Positions 49,223-58,704 of a stretch of DNA of 64,000 bases are shown piece after piece. Below the pieces are notes generated by a model. The model was not told the origin of the DNA, made no database searches, and saw nothing but the letters and a program-made list of their open reading frames with translations. The translations under genes were made by a program, and so were the position numbers. Source of the DNA: Planctomycetota bacterium (GTDB taxonomy: Bacteria > Planctomycetota > JAJSAM01 > JAJVHW01); NCBI GenBank assembly GCA_965248445.1, contig CBDFJG010000003.1, forward strand, positions 1,248,001 to 1,312,000, in the 5' to 3' direction. Each line of letters starts with the position of its first letter. Positions within the stretch are counted from its first letter, which is position 1.

Positions 49223-50575
49223 ATGTCCCGCCTCTTCGGAACCGACGGAATCCGCGGCCCTGCCGGGGTCGGGAAGCTCGCCCCGCCAGCGCTGGCCCGC
49301 CTGGGCCTCGCCATCGCGGCGGTCATTGCGAAGGTGTCGGACCGGCCCCGCGCCCTGATCGGACGCGACACGCGGATCTCAGGTCCGTCGGTCGCCGGCG
49401 CGGTGACCTCCGGCCTGCTCGCCGGCGGTGTCGAGGTCCACGACGGCGGAGTCCTCCCCACGCCGGCGGTTGCGATGCTGACGCGGCGCCGGAAGTTCAG
49501 CGCGGGCGTCGTGGTCTCGGCCTCACACAATGCGTGGCGCGACAACGGACTCAAGCTCCTCGGCAGCGGCGGCGCGAAGATCGACGACGCCGTCGAGGCC
49601 GCAATCGAGGCGGCGTACGCGAGCGACGATCTCCTCGACGCAACCGTGCCCGAGGAGTTCGCGGCGCCACACCCCTATCCCAAGGCGCGCTCCCACTACG
49701 TCGACGGCCTCGTAAGGGAACTGGCTGGGCGACGACTGCGCGGTCTGCATGTCGTCGTGGACGCCGCGAACGGCGCCCAGTGCGGGCTCGCCCCGAAGGT
49801 GCTCCGCCGACTCGGCGCGAAGGTCACCGCGATCCACGACCGGCCGGACGGGCACAACATCAACGCGAAGTGCGGCGCGCTCCACACGCGACCGCTTGCG
49901 CGCGCCGTCCGCGAGCACGGTGCGGACGCGGGCATCGCGTTCGACGGCGACGCGGACCGCCTGCAACTGGTGGATGAGCGCGGCCGGCTGCTCGACGGCG
50001 ACACCGTCCTGGCGGCGCTCGCGCCGCGCCTCCTCGCCGAGCGCCGCCTGCCCCACCGCACGGTCGTCGGCACAGTGATGACGAACGCCGGCCTCGAGGC
50101 GTACCTCGCCGAGCACCGGATCTCGGTAGCGCGCACGGCAGTCGGCGACCGCAACATCGTCAGCGAGATGAGCGGACGCGGGTTCGGGCTCGGCGGCGAG
50201 CCGTCGGGCCACCTCATCGTCCCGCGACGCGGACTCCTGACCGGGGATGCGCTGTACGCGGCCGTGCTGTGCCTGCACATCCTAGTGGACGAGGATCTCG
50301 ACGCGTCGGAACTGGGCGGCGGGTTCCGGCCGTGGCCGCTCGAACTGGTGTCGTTCCGAATCCGTGAACGCGTCGAGCTGCGCCGGCTGCCCCGCGCGTG
50401 GAAGGCGATCTGCGACGGCCGCGCCGCTCTGGGCGATCAGGGCCGCGTGGTCGTGCGCTACAGCGGCACGGAACCCAAGGTCCGCGTGATGGTCGAGGCG
50501 CGCAAGCGAGCCCAGGTCAAATCCGTGCTCGCGCCCATCGTCACCGCGCTGCGCCGCGAAGTAGGTGCGTCGTGA
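49223..50575 (+). CDS. glmM: Phosphoglucosamine mutase
   Basis: LFGTDGIRG, GRDTRISG, SASHN, FDGDADR, GGEPSGH, RYSGTEP. Confidence 0.96.
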   Translation: MSRLFGTDGIRGPAGVGKLAPPALARLGLAIAAVIAKVSDRPRALIGRDTRISGPSVAGAVTSGLLAGGVEVHDGGVLPTPAVAMLTRRRKFSAGVVVSASHNAWRDNGLKLLGSGGAKIDDAVEAAIEAAYASDDLLDATVPEEFAAPHPYPKARSHYVDGLVRELAGRRLRGLHVVVDAANGAQCGLAPKVLRRLGAKVTAIHDRPDGHNINAKCGALHTRPLARAVREHGADAGIAFDGDADRLQLVDERGRLLDGDTVLAALAPRLLAERRLPHRTVVGTVMTNAGLEAYLAEHRISVARTAVGDRNIVSEMSGRGFGLGGEPSGHLIVPRRGLLTGDALYAAVLCLHILVDEDLDASELGGGFRPWPLELVSFRIRERVELRRLPRAWKAICDGRAALGDQGRVVVRYSGTEPKVRVMVEARKRAQVKSVLAPIVTALRREVGAS

Positions 50576-51324
50576 TCACCCTCGCACTCGACACCAGCGG
50601 CACCGTCGGGAGCGTGGCGGTCGCTCGCTCCGACGACGACGGTGCGGCGGAGGTCGTCGCGTCCGTCACGATCGAGCGCGGAATGCGTCACGGTGTGGAG
50701 CTGTTCCCGGCTCTCGAACGCGCGCTGGAGCAGGCCGGAGTCGGAGCACGCGAACTCGATCTCGTCGCCGTGGGCATCGGACCCGGCAGCTACACCGGAC
50801 TGCGTGTCGGCATCACGGCCGCACGCGCGCTGGCGTACGCGTGCGGCGCGGAACTCCTGGGGGTCCCGACCTGCGACGCGCTTGCCGACAGTCTCACCCC
50901 TGGTGACCGGCCGCTCGCGGTCGTGATCGACGCGCGCGTGCGAGCCGTCTATCTCGCGATCTACGAACCGGTGCAGGCGGAGGGGCGCTGGGAGCGGAGG
51001 GACGGGCCGACGCTCCTGCCGCCGGTCGGCGCCGCGGACCGCGTACCCGCCGGGGCGCTGGTCGTGGGCGACGGACCGGACGCGCACGACGACGCGTTCC
51101 GGCGGTTCAGCCGCGCGACGGCGCCGCACGCCTCGCCAGCTGCGCACGTCGCGCGGCTCGCGCTCCTGCGCCACCGCGACGGTGAGCGCGGCCGCATCGA
51201 TGACGTCGTCCCGCTGTACCTGCGGCGCAGCTCCGCGGAGCTGCGTCACGAGGAGCGCGCCAACTCCGTTGGCTCGTCCGCTGACGCAGACGATGCGGGC
51301 GCACTCGGGGAGGAGACGACGTGA
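50572..51324 (+). CDS. tsaB: tRNA t6A biosynthesis protein TsaB
   Basis: LALDTS, GPGSYTGLRVG, IDAR, PLYLR. Confidence 0.94.
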   Translation: MITLALDTSGTVGSVAVARSDDDGAAEVVASVTIERGMRHGVELFPALERALEQAGVGARELDLVAVGIGPGSYTGLRVGITAARALAYACGAELLGVPTCDALADSLTPGDRPLAVVIDARVRAVYLAIYEPVQAEGRWERRDGPTLLPPVGAADRVPAGALVVGDGPDAHDDAFRRFSRATAPHASPAAHVARLALLRHRDGERGRIDDVVPLYLRRSSAELRHEERANSVGSSADADDAGALGEETT

Positions 51325-52514
51325 AGGCAGCGCACGACGGCGACGCGGTCCTGCGACCGGACGAGTCCGAGTTCCCGGCCCCCCTGCCGGAACTCGATCC
51401 GCGGGCGCGCGCGTGGCGCGAGATCGACCTGGGCGCGCTCGAGCGCAACTATCGCTACCTGGTCCAGCGGCTCCCGGCCGACACCGACGTTCTGGCCGTT
51501 CTGAAGGCCGACGCGTACGGGCACGGCGCAGTCGTCACGGCCGAGCGCCTGATCCGGCTCGGAGTCAGCATGATCGGCGTCGGCGACTCGCGCGAAGCGC
51601 TCGAGTTGCGCGAGGCCGGGATCGCGGCCCCTCTGCTCATTCTGGGCGCCATCGTGCCGGGAGAGATGGAAGAGGTGGTCAAGAACGACATCGCGACGTG
51701 CATCCACTCGAGCAACCGCGCGAAGCTGCTCTCCGAGGTCGCCGCGGCGCTCGGCAGCCCCGCGCGCGTCCACCTGAAAGTGGACACGGGGATGGGCCGG
51801 CTCGGCGTCCGGCCCGAGGTCGCGTTGTCGCTGGCACGAACGCTGCACCACGACCCGAACGTCGACTTCGAAGGAGTCTGCACGCACTACGGCAGCGCCG
51901 CCTCGCCGGTGCCGTATCACACGTCCGAGCAGATCTCGGGTTTCGTCAAGCTGATCGAGGACATGCGCGCGGAGGGAATACGCCCACCCGTCGTGCACGC
52001 CAGCAACTCAGCCGCCGTGTTCTCCACGCTGTCCGAGCACTTCACGATGGTCCGGGTAGGTTTGGCACTCTTCGGGATCAACCCCGGCAACCTGCCGATC
52101 GGCACGCCACCCGTTGACCCGGTGCTCGCGCTGCGCACGCAGGTGGTGTTCCTCAAGGACCTGCCCGACGGATCGCCCGTCGGCTACAACCGGACATTCC
52201 TGACGCGGCGCGCTTCACGTGTCGCCGTCGTCCCGATCGGCTACAGCGACGGGTTGCCGTTCGCGCTGTCCAACCGCGCCGACGTCCTCGTGCGCGGTGA
52301 GAAGGCGCCGATCGTCGGTTCGATCTCGATGGACTACACCACGATCGACGTCACGGACATACCGGGCGTCAGCGTCGGCGACCAGGTGACGGTGATCGGC
52401 ACGTGCGGCAAGCGCCGCCTCTCCGTCGAAGCGCTTGCGCGCACGATCGGCACGATCCCCTACGAGATCACGGCCCGCCTCGGCCAACGCGTCGGCCTCC
52501 AGACCGTCGAGTGA
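51321..52514 (+). CDS. alr: Alanine racemase
   Basis: AVLKADAYGHG, HLKVDTGMGRLG, HASNS, PIGYSDG, GTIPYEI. Confidence 0.96.
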   Translation: MKAAHDGDAVLRPDESEFPAPLPELDPRARAWREIDLGALERNYRYLVQRLPADTDVLAVLKADAYGHGAVVTAERLIRLGVSMIGVGDSREALELREAGIAAPLLILGAIVPGEMEEVVKNDIATCIHSSNRAKLLSEVAAALGSPARVHLKVDTGMGRLGVRPEVALSLARTLHHDPNVDFEGVCTHYGSAASPVPYHTSEQISGFVKLIEDMRAEGIRPPVVHASNSAAVFSTLSEHFTMVRVGLALFGINPGNLPIGTPPVDPVLALRTQVVFLKDLPDGSPVGYNRTFLTRRASRVAVVPIGYSDGLPFALSNRADVLVRGEKAPIVGSISMDYTTIDVTDIPGVSVGDQVTVIGTCGKRRLSVEALARTIGTIPYEITARLGQRVGLQTVE

Positions 52515-52577
52515 GGCTGCTGTCGTTCGGCGGGTGATACTCTTCCGTCGCGGCGGCCCCTGGCCGCCCTCTCCGTC

Positions 52578-55500
52578 ATGAGGAACCGCGCCCGAGTTGC
52601 CCTGACGTTCGTCGCAGTCGCCACGCTGGCCTCGTCGGCCTGGCTGACGGTCACGCGTGACAGCGCCGTGCTCGCGCGCGTGCGCGACCTGCTGGCCCGC
52701 AACGTGACGGCGCCGTGCACCATCGAGAGCGCGGAGTTTTCCTTCCTCGGCGGGCTCGTGGTTCGCGGAGTCACGGTCCACGACCCGGGCGACCCGCTCG
52801 GCCCACCCCTGGCGCGAGTCGCCGAGGCTCGTCTCGACTACTCGCTCGACCTGTTCGGTGCGGGCCCCCACATCACCGACCTCTACATGCGCCGGCCGGA
52901 GCTCCGCGTCGTCGCGCGCCCGGACGGCTCGTTCGACGCGCTCGACATCTTGCGGCCGCCGGCAGATGCCCCCGAGCCGGAAGTGCCTCCCAAGTTGCCG
53001 GCGCTCGTGGTCGACGGCGGCGTCGTCGAGTTCGGCCACCCGGACGTGCTCGCGCCGGGCCGCACGGTTCGCGCGACCGGGCTCGTCATGCGGGCGCAGA
53101 TGATCGAGGGCTGGGCGATGCACATCCGTGCGCACGGCACGGTCGAAGGGGTCGGCCAGGTCCAGGTCGACGTGCGAGCGGACCGCGAGGCGGAGAGCGC
53201 AATAGCCGACGTGACCCTCACCGACGTCGTGCTGAACGACGAAGTCGTCGACATGCTGCCCGAGATCGTCACGCGGACGCTGCGGCCGATCGCCCCCCGC
53301 GCACGCGTGAAGGGCGCGCTCTCGCTGAAGGCCGAGCAGGGTCGGGTGACGCACTTCAGCGGGGCGCTGGACGTCGAGGACGCCGCCGCGCTCGTGGGCC
53401 TGCAGGACGCTGACGGTCTTCCGACGCCGGAGCCGCTGCAACTGAGCCAAGGCGCAGGGCGGGTCGAGTTCCGTGAGGGAGCGATCTTCCTGCGGGACGT
53501 CAGCGCACGCGTGCTCGGCTCGCCGATCCGAATCGCCGGGTCGTTGCCGGTCCAGCTTCCGGGCGACGCAACGGCCGGCGATCGTGACAGGCAGGTAGAC
53601 GTGCAGGTGCATCTGGACCACGTGGCAATCGGTCCGGACTTGGATGCGCATCTGCCCCAGCACCTGCGTGTGATCCGATCGTCGTACGACCTCTCCGGCG
53701 GCGCCGAGATCGCGATCGCCCTGCGGGGACAGGCGCCGTTCCCGCGCGTGGATGCCACCATCACGGTGCGCGACACGTCTGCCTCGTACGTCGGCCAGGT
53801 GCTTCCCAGCGGTGAGCAGGTCGGATTCCCGTGGCGGGTGGACGGACTCGACGGACGCATCCAGGTGGTCGGCCCACGCGTGGACATCGACGTCCGCGGA
53901 CGGCACGGCGAGGCACCCGTGAGCGTGCGCGGCACGACGGATCTCACTCTGGGCAACCTGCCCGTGACCGACGTGCTGATCTCCGCGGAAGACGTACCGC
54001 TCGACGCTGATCTGCGCGCCGGATTCCGGGAACGTGCGGACGCGATCTGGGGCCGGTGGTCACCGTCCGGTGTCGCGAAGGCCGTAACGGTGCGCGTGGC
54101 GCAGGGTCACTCGCTGCCGCCGCGGGCCACCGCGACGGACGTGCGAATCGAGCTCGACGGTCGCGCGGCGTTCCGGCCGGAAGTGCTTCCCGCGCCGCTG
54201 TCCGGCGCGCGGGGACAGGTTCAGGTGTTCGAGGCGCCGGGACTGTCGCGGATCTGGATCGACGGGTTCACCGCGCGCGGTGACGCGTTCGACATCAGCG
54301 CGAGCGGAAGCGTGGTGACGCGGCGGGGGCAGGCGGAAGAGACCCTGGTTGTCACGATCGACGCGAGCGCGGCGGAGCGGAGCGCCATTCCCGCGTTGCA
54401 CGCATCTGCCAGCATCGGCGAGGGCGTCAAGCGGGCGCTCCGGCTCCTCGACCCTCGCGGATCGTTACGCGCGGTAGTGCGTCGTACTGGTGACCCGAGA
54501 GGGCAGCCCGTCGATGTGGATGTGGAATTGCGTGGCGCCGCCGTGTCCGGCTGGGAAGGCGTCCCCCTCGCTGCAAGCGGTCTCGTCGGGCACCTCCAGG
54601 TCAGCGACGACTCCATCAGCACCGACGGACTGACCGGCTCGGTGCTTGGAAGCACGCGGTTCAACGCGATCGGACGGCTCGACGGGCTCCGCGCAGGCCG
54701 CATCCGTCCCCACGTCACCGTCCGTGCCGACGAGCTCCCTCTCGGAAACGAACTTCGCACCGCGCTCGGGACCCTCGCGAACCCTGCCGCTGCATTCTGG
54801 GAGACGTTGGCGCCCGCACCGGACACCAGCGCCGACGCGCTGGTCGTCATTCGCCCGGATGGTGATCCCGCGGGACCGGTCGATGTGGATCTCGACGAAT
54901 TCAGCGGTCCGGCCCGCGTCCTCGGATTCGATCTTCTCGTGGACCGGGGCTCGCTGCGATATCGCAAGAGCGGCGTGGTCGCAGTACTGCGCGGACGCCT
55001 GGGTCGCGGCGCGATCGACGTGTCATCGGCCCACGTCGATCCGGAAACGGGTGTGGTCACCCTGTCGCTCAGCGCTCGGGCTCTCTCGTTCCCCCGTGAT
55101 CTATCTCCACTGCTCTCTCCGTCGGCGATCGAGTCGATCGCTGCTGCGCTTCCCGGCCGCGTCCTGCACGTCCCCGACGCGGAGATCTCGTATGACCCGC
55201 GCGCGCGGAAGATGACGATCGCGGGGCGCGTGTCGCTGCGTCCGGTCGACCGCAACGCGCACGATCAGCAACTCGACGCAGAGGGCGACCTGCAGATCGG
55301 CACGGCCACCATCTGGCTCCCGGAGGGAGAGCCGGCGACGTTCCAGCTCACCGGCGTGCTGGACGATGCGCGGTTCCACGCGGGCACGCGGCTGAAGATC
55401 GATGCGGCCGAGGTCTCGGCAAGCGGGGCGTTTCCGCCGGAAGGGGCCGTCATCGACGCGAAGATCCGCGAAGCCGATATTACGGCGCTGGACCACATGA

Positions 55501-56252
55501 TCACGAAGACCGCGCTCGACCTCAGCGTGCGTGGGCGGCACGTGCGTCTCCGAGACATCGAGGGCACTCTGCACGGCGGCCGATTCACCGGGCGCGTCGG
55601 GTTCGGGGGGCCGAAGTTCGCATACGCCGGCGAGTTCGAACTGCATGACTCGAAGCTCGTCCCCTTCATCGGTTCCGGTGCCGACGGCCGACGACGCGGC
55701 GTGCTCCACGCGGGAGTGACGTTCAGTAACGAGACCGGCAAGCCGGGCGCACTGCGCGGCAAGGGCCGGGCAGACGTCCGCGACGGACGTCTTGCGCGCG
55801 TCCCGGGGCTCACACCCGTGATCAACGGCATCAACACAGCTCTGCTGGGCGTCACGAAGGTCGAGGGAGAGTTCCACGAAGCCGAGATGAGTTTCGACCT
55901 GCGGGGGCACCGCATCCAGATCCGGGACCTCTACCTCGGCGGTCCCAACCTGCTGGGACTCGGACCGGTGGAGATCCGCGACGGCGAGGGCACGATCAGC
56001 CTCGACGACGGACAACTGGACGTCGCCGTCTATCCGCGGATCCGCTTCGACCCGCTGGGACTGGACCCTCTGGGCATCCTCGACCGCGTGATGAGTGCGT
56101 TCCAGGTCTTCATCGGACGGCTCCGGATCGAGGGATCACTCCGCAATCCGCGCGTCGCGCGCGAGAGGGTGTACGGAGAGCAGGACGAGCAGTTGAAGCC
56201 GCGGCCCCAGCCGTCGGGCGAAACACTGCCGTACGGCCCGCCCCCGTGGTGA
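52578..56252 (+). CDS. AsmA-like/YhdP-type periplasm-spanning beta-groove protein
   Basis: N-terminal anchor, 1224 aa of amphipathic beta strands, C-terminal LRGKG..DG.LA..P and RIEGSLRNPRV. Confidence 0.7.
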   Translation: MRNRARVALTFVAVATLASSAWLTVTRDSAVLARVRDLLARNVTAPCTIESAEFSFLGGLVVRGVTVHDPGDPLGPPLARVAEARLDYSLDLFGAGPHITDLYMRRPELRVVARPDGSFDALDILRPPADAPEPEVPPKLPALVVDGGVVEFGHPDVLAPGRTVRATGLVMRAQMIEGWAMHIRAHGTVEGVGQVQVDVRADREAESAIADVTLTDVVLNDEVVDMLPEIVTRTLRPIAPRARVKGALSLKAEQGRVTHFSGALDVEDAAALVGLQDADGLPTPEPLQLSQGAGRVEFREGAIFLRDVSARVLGSPIRIAGSLPVQLPGDATAGDRDRQVDVQVHLDHVAIGPDLDAHLPQHLRVIRSSYDLSGGAEIAIALRGQAPFPRVDATITVRDTSASYVGQVLPSGEQVGFPWRVDGLDGRIQVVGPRVDIDVRGRHGEAPVSVRGTTDLTLGNLPVTDVLISAEDVPLDADLRAGFRERADAIWGRWSPSGVAKAVTVRVAQGHSLPPRATATDVRIELDGRAAFRPEVLPAPLSGARGQVQVFEAPGLSRIWIDGFTARGDAFDISASGSVVTRRGQAEETLVVTIDASAAERSAIPALHASASIGEGVKRALRLLDPRGSLRAVVRRTGDPRGQPVDVDVELRGAAVSGWEGVPLAASGLVGHLQVSDDSISTDGLTGSVLGSTRFNAIGRLDGLRAGRIRPHVTVRADELPLGNELRTALGTLANPAAAFWETLAPAPDTSADALVVIRPDGDPAGPVDVDLDEFSGPARVLGFDLLVDRGSLRYRKSGVVAVLRGRLGRGAIDVSSAHVDPETGVVTLSLSARALSFPRDLSPLLSPSAIESIAAALPGRVLHVPDAEISYDPRARKMTIAGRVSLRPVDRNAHDQQLDAEGDLQIGTATIWLPEGEPATFQLTGVLDDARFHAGTRLKIDAAEVSASGAFPPEGAVIDAKIREADITALDHMITKTALDLSVRGRHVRLRDIEGTLHGGRFTGRVGFGGPKFAYAGEFELHDSKLVPFIGSGADGRRRGVLHAGVTFSNETGKPGALRGKGRADVRDGRLARVPGLTPVINGINTALLGVTKVEGEFHEAEMSFDLRGHRIQIRDLYLGGPNLLGLGPVEIRDGEGTISLDDGQLDVAVYPRIRFDPLGLDPLGILDRVMSAFQVFIGRLRIEGSLRNPRVARERVYGEQDEQLKPRPQPSGETLPYGPPPW

Positions 56253-56316
56253 TCCAGCAATCGGCCCGGCGATAACTACGGGCCGCCCGGCGCCTCGCTC
56301 CTCCTATCATCCCCAC

Positions 56317-57396
56317 GTGACCACGTACGTCGCGATCCTCGCCGGCGGCTCGGGCACGCGCTTCTGGCCCGCCAGCACGCGCGACCTCCCGAAGCAGATG
56401 CTCCCCCTCACTGGCGGAGCGCCCTTGCTGCGCGAGACCGTCGATCGCCTGGCCGGGTTCGCGCCCCCCGAGCGCATCTTGGTCGTGACGGGCGCACGGC
56501 ACACCGAGTCCGTGCGGCGGCTGCTGCCCGAACTCGTGCCGGACGCGGTCCTTTCCGAGCCGCGTGCTCGGAACACATCCGCCGCGTGCGCGCTCGCCGC
56601 GCACCGCGCGCTGCGCGACGACGCGGATGCCACCGTCGTGACGCTCTCCGCGGACCACGTGATCTCGCCGGCCTCCGAGTTTCGCGACGCGCTGGCCGCG
56701 GCCGCCGCGCGAGCTGACGCCGCGGGCACCCTGATCACGCTCGGCCTGACCCCGACGTTCCCCGCCACCGGACTCGGTTGGATCGAGAAAGGCCCGGCGG
56801 CCGCGGAGGTGCTCGGGCACGCTGTCCACGCGATAGCGAGTTTCGTCGAGAAGCCCGACCGCGCGCGCGCGGAGGTGTTCCTGGCGCAAGGGCTGCACCT
56901 CTGGAACCTCGGCATGTTCGCGTGGCGCGCCGACGTCTTCCTCGCGGAACTCGCGGCGCACGCCCCGGGAGTCGCCGAGCCACTCGCGAGCATCAGCGCC
57001 GCGCTCGGTACCGACGACGAGGGAGCGGCGCTGGCGACCGCCTTCGACGCGTGCGAGTCGATCTCCGTGGACTACGGAGTCCTCGAGCGCAGCGATCGCG
57101 TCGAGTGCGTGCCGTGCTCGTTCTCGTGGGACGACCTGGGCAGCTTCGAGGCGATCGCTCGCCACGTGTCGGCGAGCGACGACGGGCATCACTCGATCGG
57201 CGAGATCGTGTCGATCGACGCGGAGAACTGCGTCAGCTGGTGCGAGGACGGCGGGCTCGTGGCGCTCCTCGGCGTGAAGGACCTGATCGTCGTGAACGCG
57301 AACGGCGTCACGCTCGTGGCTCCCCGCTGGCGATCCGAGGAAGTGAAGAAGATGGTCGCGCGACTCGAGGCGGAGGGGCGGGAGGCGTTCCTGTGA
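56317..57396 (+). CDS. manC: Mannose-1-phosphate guanylyltransferase
   Basis: ILAGGSGTRFWPAS..PKQ, EP.ARNT, ADH, FVEKP, SVDYGVLE, WDDLGS. Confidence 0.93.
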   Translation: MTTYVAILAGGSGTRFWPASTRDLPKQMLPLTGGAPLLRETVDRLAGFAPPERILVVTGARHTESVRRLLPELVPDAVLSEPRARNTSAACALAAHRALRDDADATVVTLSADHVISPASEFRDALAAAAARADAAGTLITLGLTPTFPATGLGWIEKGPAAAEVLGHAVHAIASFVEKPDRARAEVFLAQGLHLWNLGMFAWRADVFLAELAAHAPGVAEPLASISAALGTDDEGAALATAFDACESISVDYGVLERSDRVECVPCSFSWDDLGSFEAIARHVSASDDGHHSIGEIVSIDAENCVSWCEDGGLVALLGVKDLIVVNANGVTLVAPRWRSEEVKKMVARLEAEGREAFL

Positions 57397-57812
57397 CGCC
57401 TCCGGTCGCCGTGGGCGTCGACTACGGCGAGAAGCGCATCGGAATCGCAGCGACGGACGTCCTCGGCATCGCCGCACGGCCCGTCGAGGTCATCCGGCTC
57501 CCGCCCGGTCCCGAGGCCGCCGCGCGCATCGCGGCGATCGCGGCCGACCGGGAAGCAGAGATCCTGGTCGTCGGCATGCCGTTCAACATGGACGGCAGCG
57601 AGCACGCATCGAGCAAGCGTGTGCGTCGCTTTGCCGACCTCTGCGCGGAAGCGTCGGGACTGCCGGTCGAGTTCGCCGACGAGCGATTGACCACGCACGA
57701 GGCCGAGCGGCACCTGGCGTCAAGGGGGATCGGGTGGCGCGAGGGCAAGCAGACCGTGGACATGATCGCTGCGGCCGTGCTCCTCCAGGACTGGCTCGAC
57801 GCGCAAGGCTGA
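57393..57812 (+). CDS. ruvX: YqgF/RuvX pre-16S rRNA nuclease
   Basis: GVDYGEKRIGIA, VVGMPFNMDGS, DERLTT, DMIAAAVLLQDWLD. Confidence 0.94.
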   Translation: MTPPVAVGVDYGEKRIGIAATDVLGIAARPVEVIRLPPGPEAAARIAAIAADREAEILVVGMPFNMDGSEHASSKRVRRFADLCAEASGLPVEFADERLTTHEAERHLASRGIGWREGKQTVDMIAAAVLLQDWLDAQG

Positions 57813-57813
57813 G

Positions 57814-58128
57814 CGCTTCCCGTTTTGGACCTCGCCGAGGATTGAGCCCGAGCGATTGAGTGCCGGGGGCCGCCCGGCCGATGAGGGGGTGGAAGACACG
57901 CGGCCCGCGAGCCTGGCTCGCACGGACCCGAATAACGGGAAGCGGCCACGACAGGGGACCTACGATCCCCCGCTTGGGACCAGGTCCCAGCCGCAGGTGA
58001 CCCCTGCAAAGAGGCGGACCCCGGAGGCGGCCTCAGGCCATACAGAAGCGGACTCAGAACGAGTCCGGACCCGGCGCGTGCCGGGAGGCCTGACCAGCTG
58101 CGCCGAGGGCGACTGACGGTAGGTAGGA
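57814..58128 (+). promoter_or_regulatory. Highly structured region upstream of rpsO (candidate S15 leader or ncRNA)
   Basis: 11-bp long-range stem 57814-57824/57934-57944; three-way junction 58033-58093. Confidence 0.5.
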
Positions 58129-58404
58129 ATGTCGATCACGAAGGACGAGAAGGACACTCTCATCGGAGAGTACGGTCGAAGCGACGGAGACACCGGGTCG
58201 ACCGACGTGCAGGTGGCGCTTCTCACGACGCGCATCCGGAGCCTCACGGAGCACCTCAAGACGCACAAGAAGGACCACGCCTCTCGCCGCGGGCTGCTCA
58301 AGCTCGTCGGCCGCCGGGCGGCGCTCCTCAAGTACGTGGCGCGCACGGATCGCGCGAGCTACCTCGCACTTGTGGGGCGGTTGGGCATCAGGTTGAAGCA
58401 CTAG
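58129..58404 (+). CDS. rpsO: 30S ribosomal protein S15
   Basis: [33 protein letters not shown]. Confidence 0.98.
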   Translation: MSITKDEKDTLIGEYGRSDGDTGSTDVQVALLTTRIRSLTEHLKTHKKDHASRRGLLKLVGRRAALLKYVARTDRASYLALVGRLGIRLKH

Positions 58405-58446
58405 GCCGGAGGCCTAGCACTTCAACGATCTGCCAGCCGTCTTTTG

Positions 58447-58472
58447 GCGTCAACAGCTCACGCTGTTGACGC
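58447..58472 (+). promoter_or_regulatory. Perfect 11-bp hairpin in the rpsO-pnp spacer
   Basis: GCGTCAACAGC-TCAC-GCTGTTGACGC. Confidence 0.55.
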
Positions 58473-58704
58473 GATTGCAGCGAGGCGGCAGAGCGTGCGC
58501 ACGGTTGCCTGGCCGACTCGGCAGGTGACGCGTCTTCATCGCGCGTGACGGACATCGTCACGGCGCGGGCTGTCTCCTCCCCCACACACAACTGAACTTG
58601 CGTGTCCGAATGATCGGGCGCGCCACACCACGCGGCGCAAGAGAGCGCCGCATCTGCCCGGGCGCTGGAGGGTTGCCTCCGCCGGGCGAGACGAAGGAGT
58701 AGGA

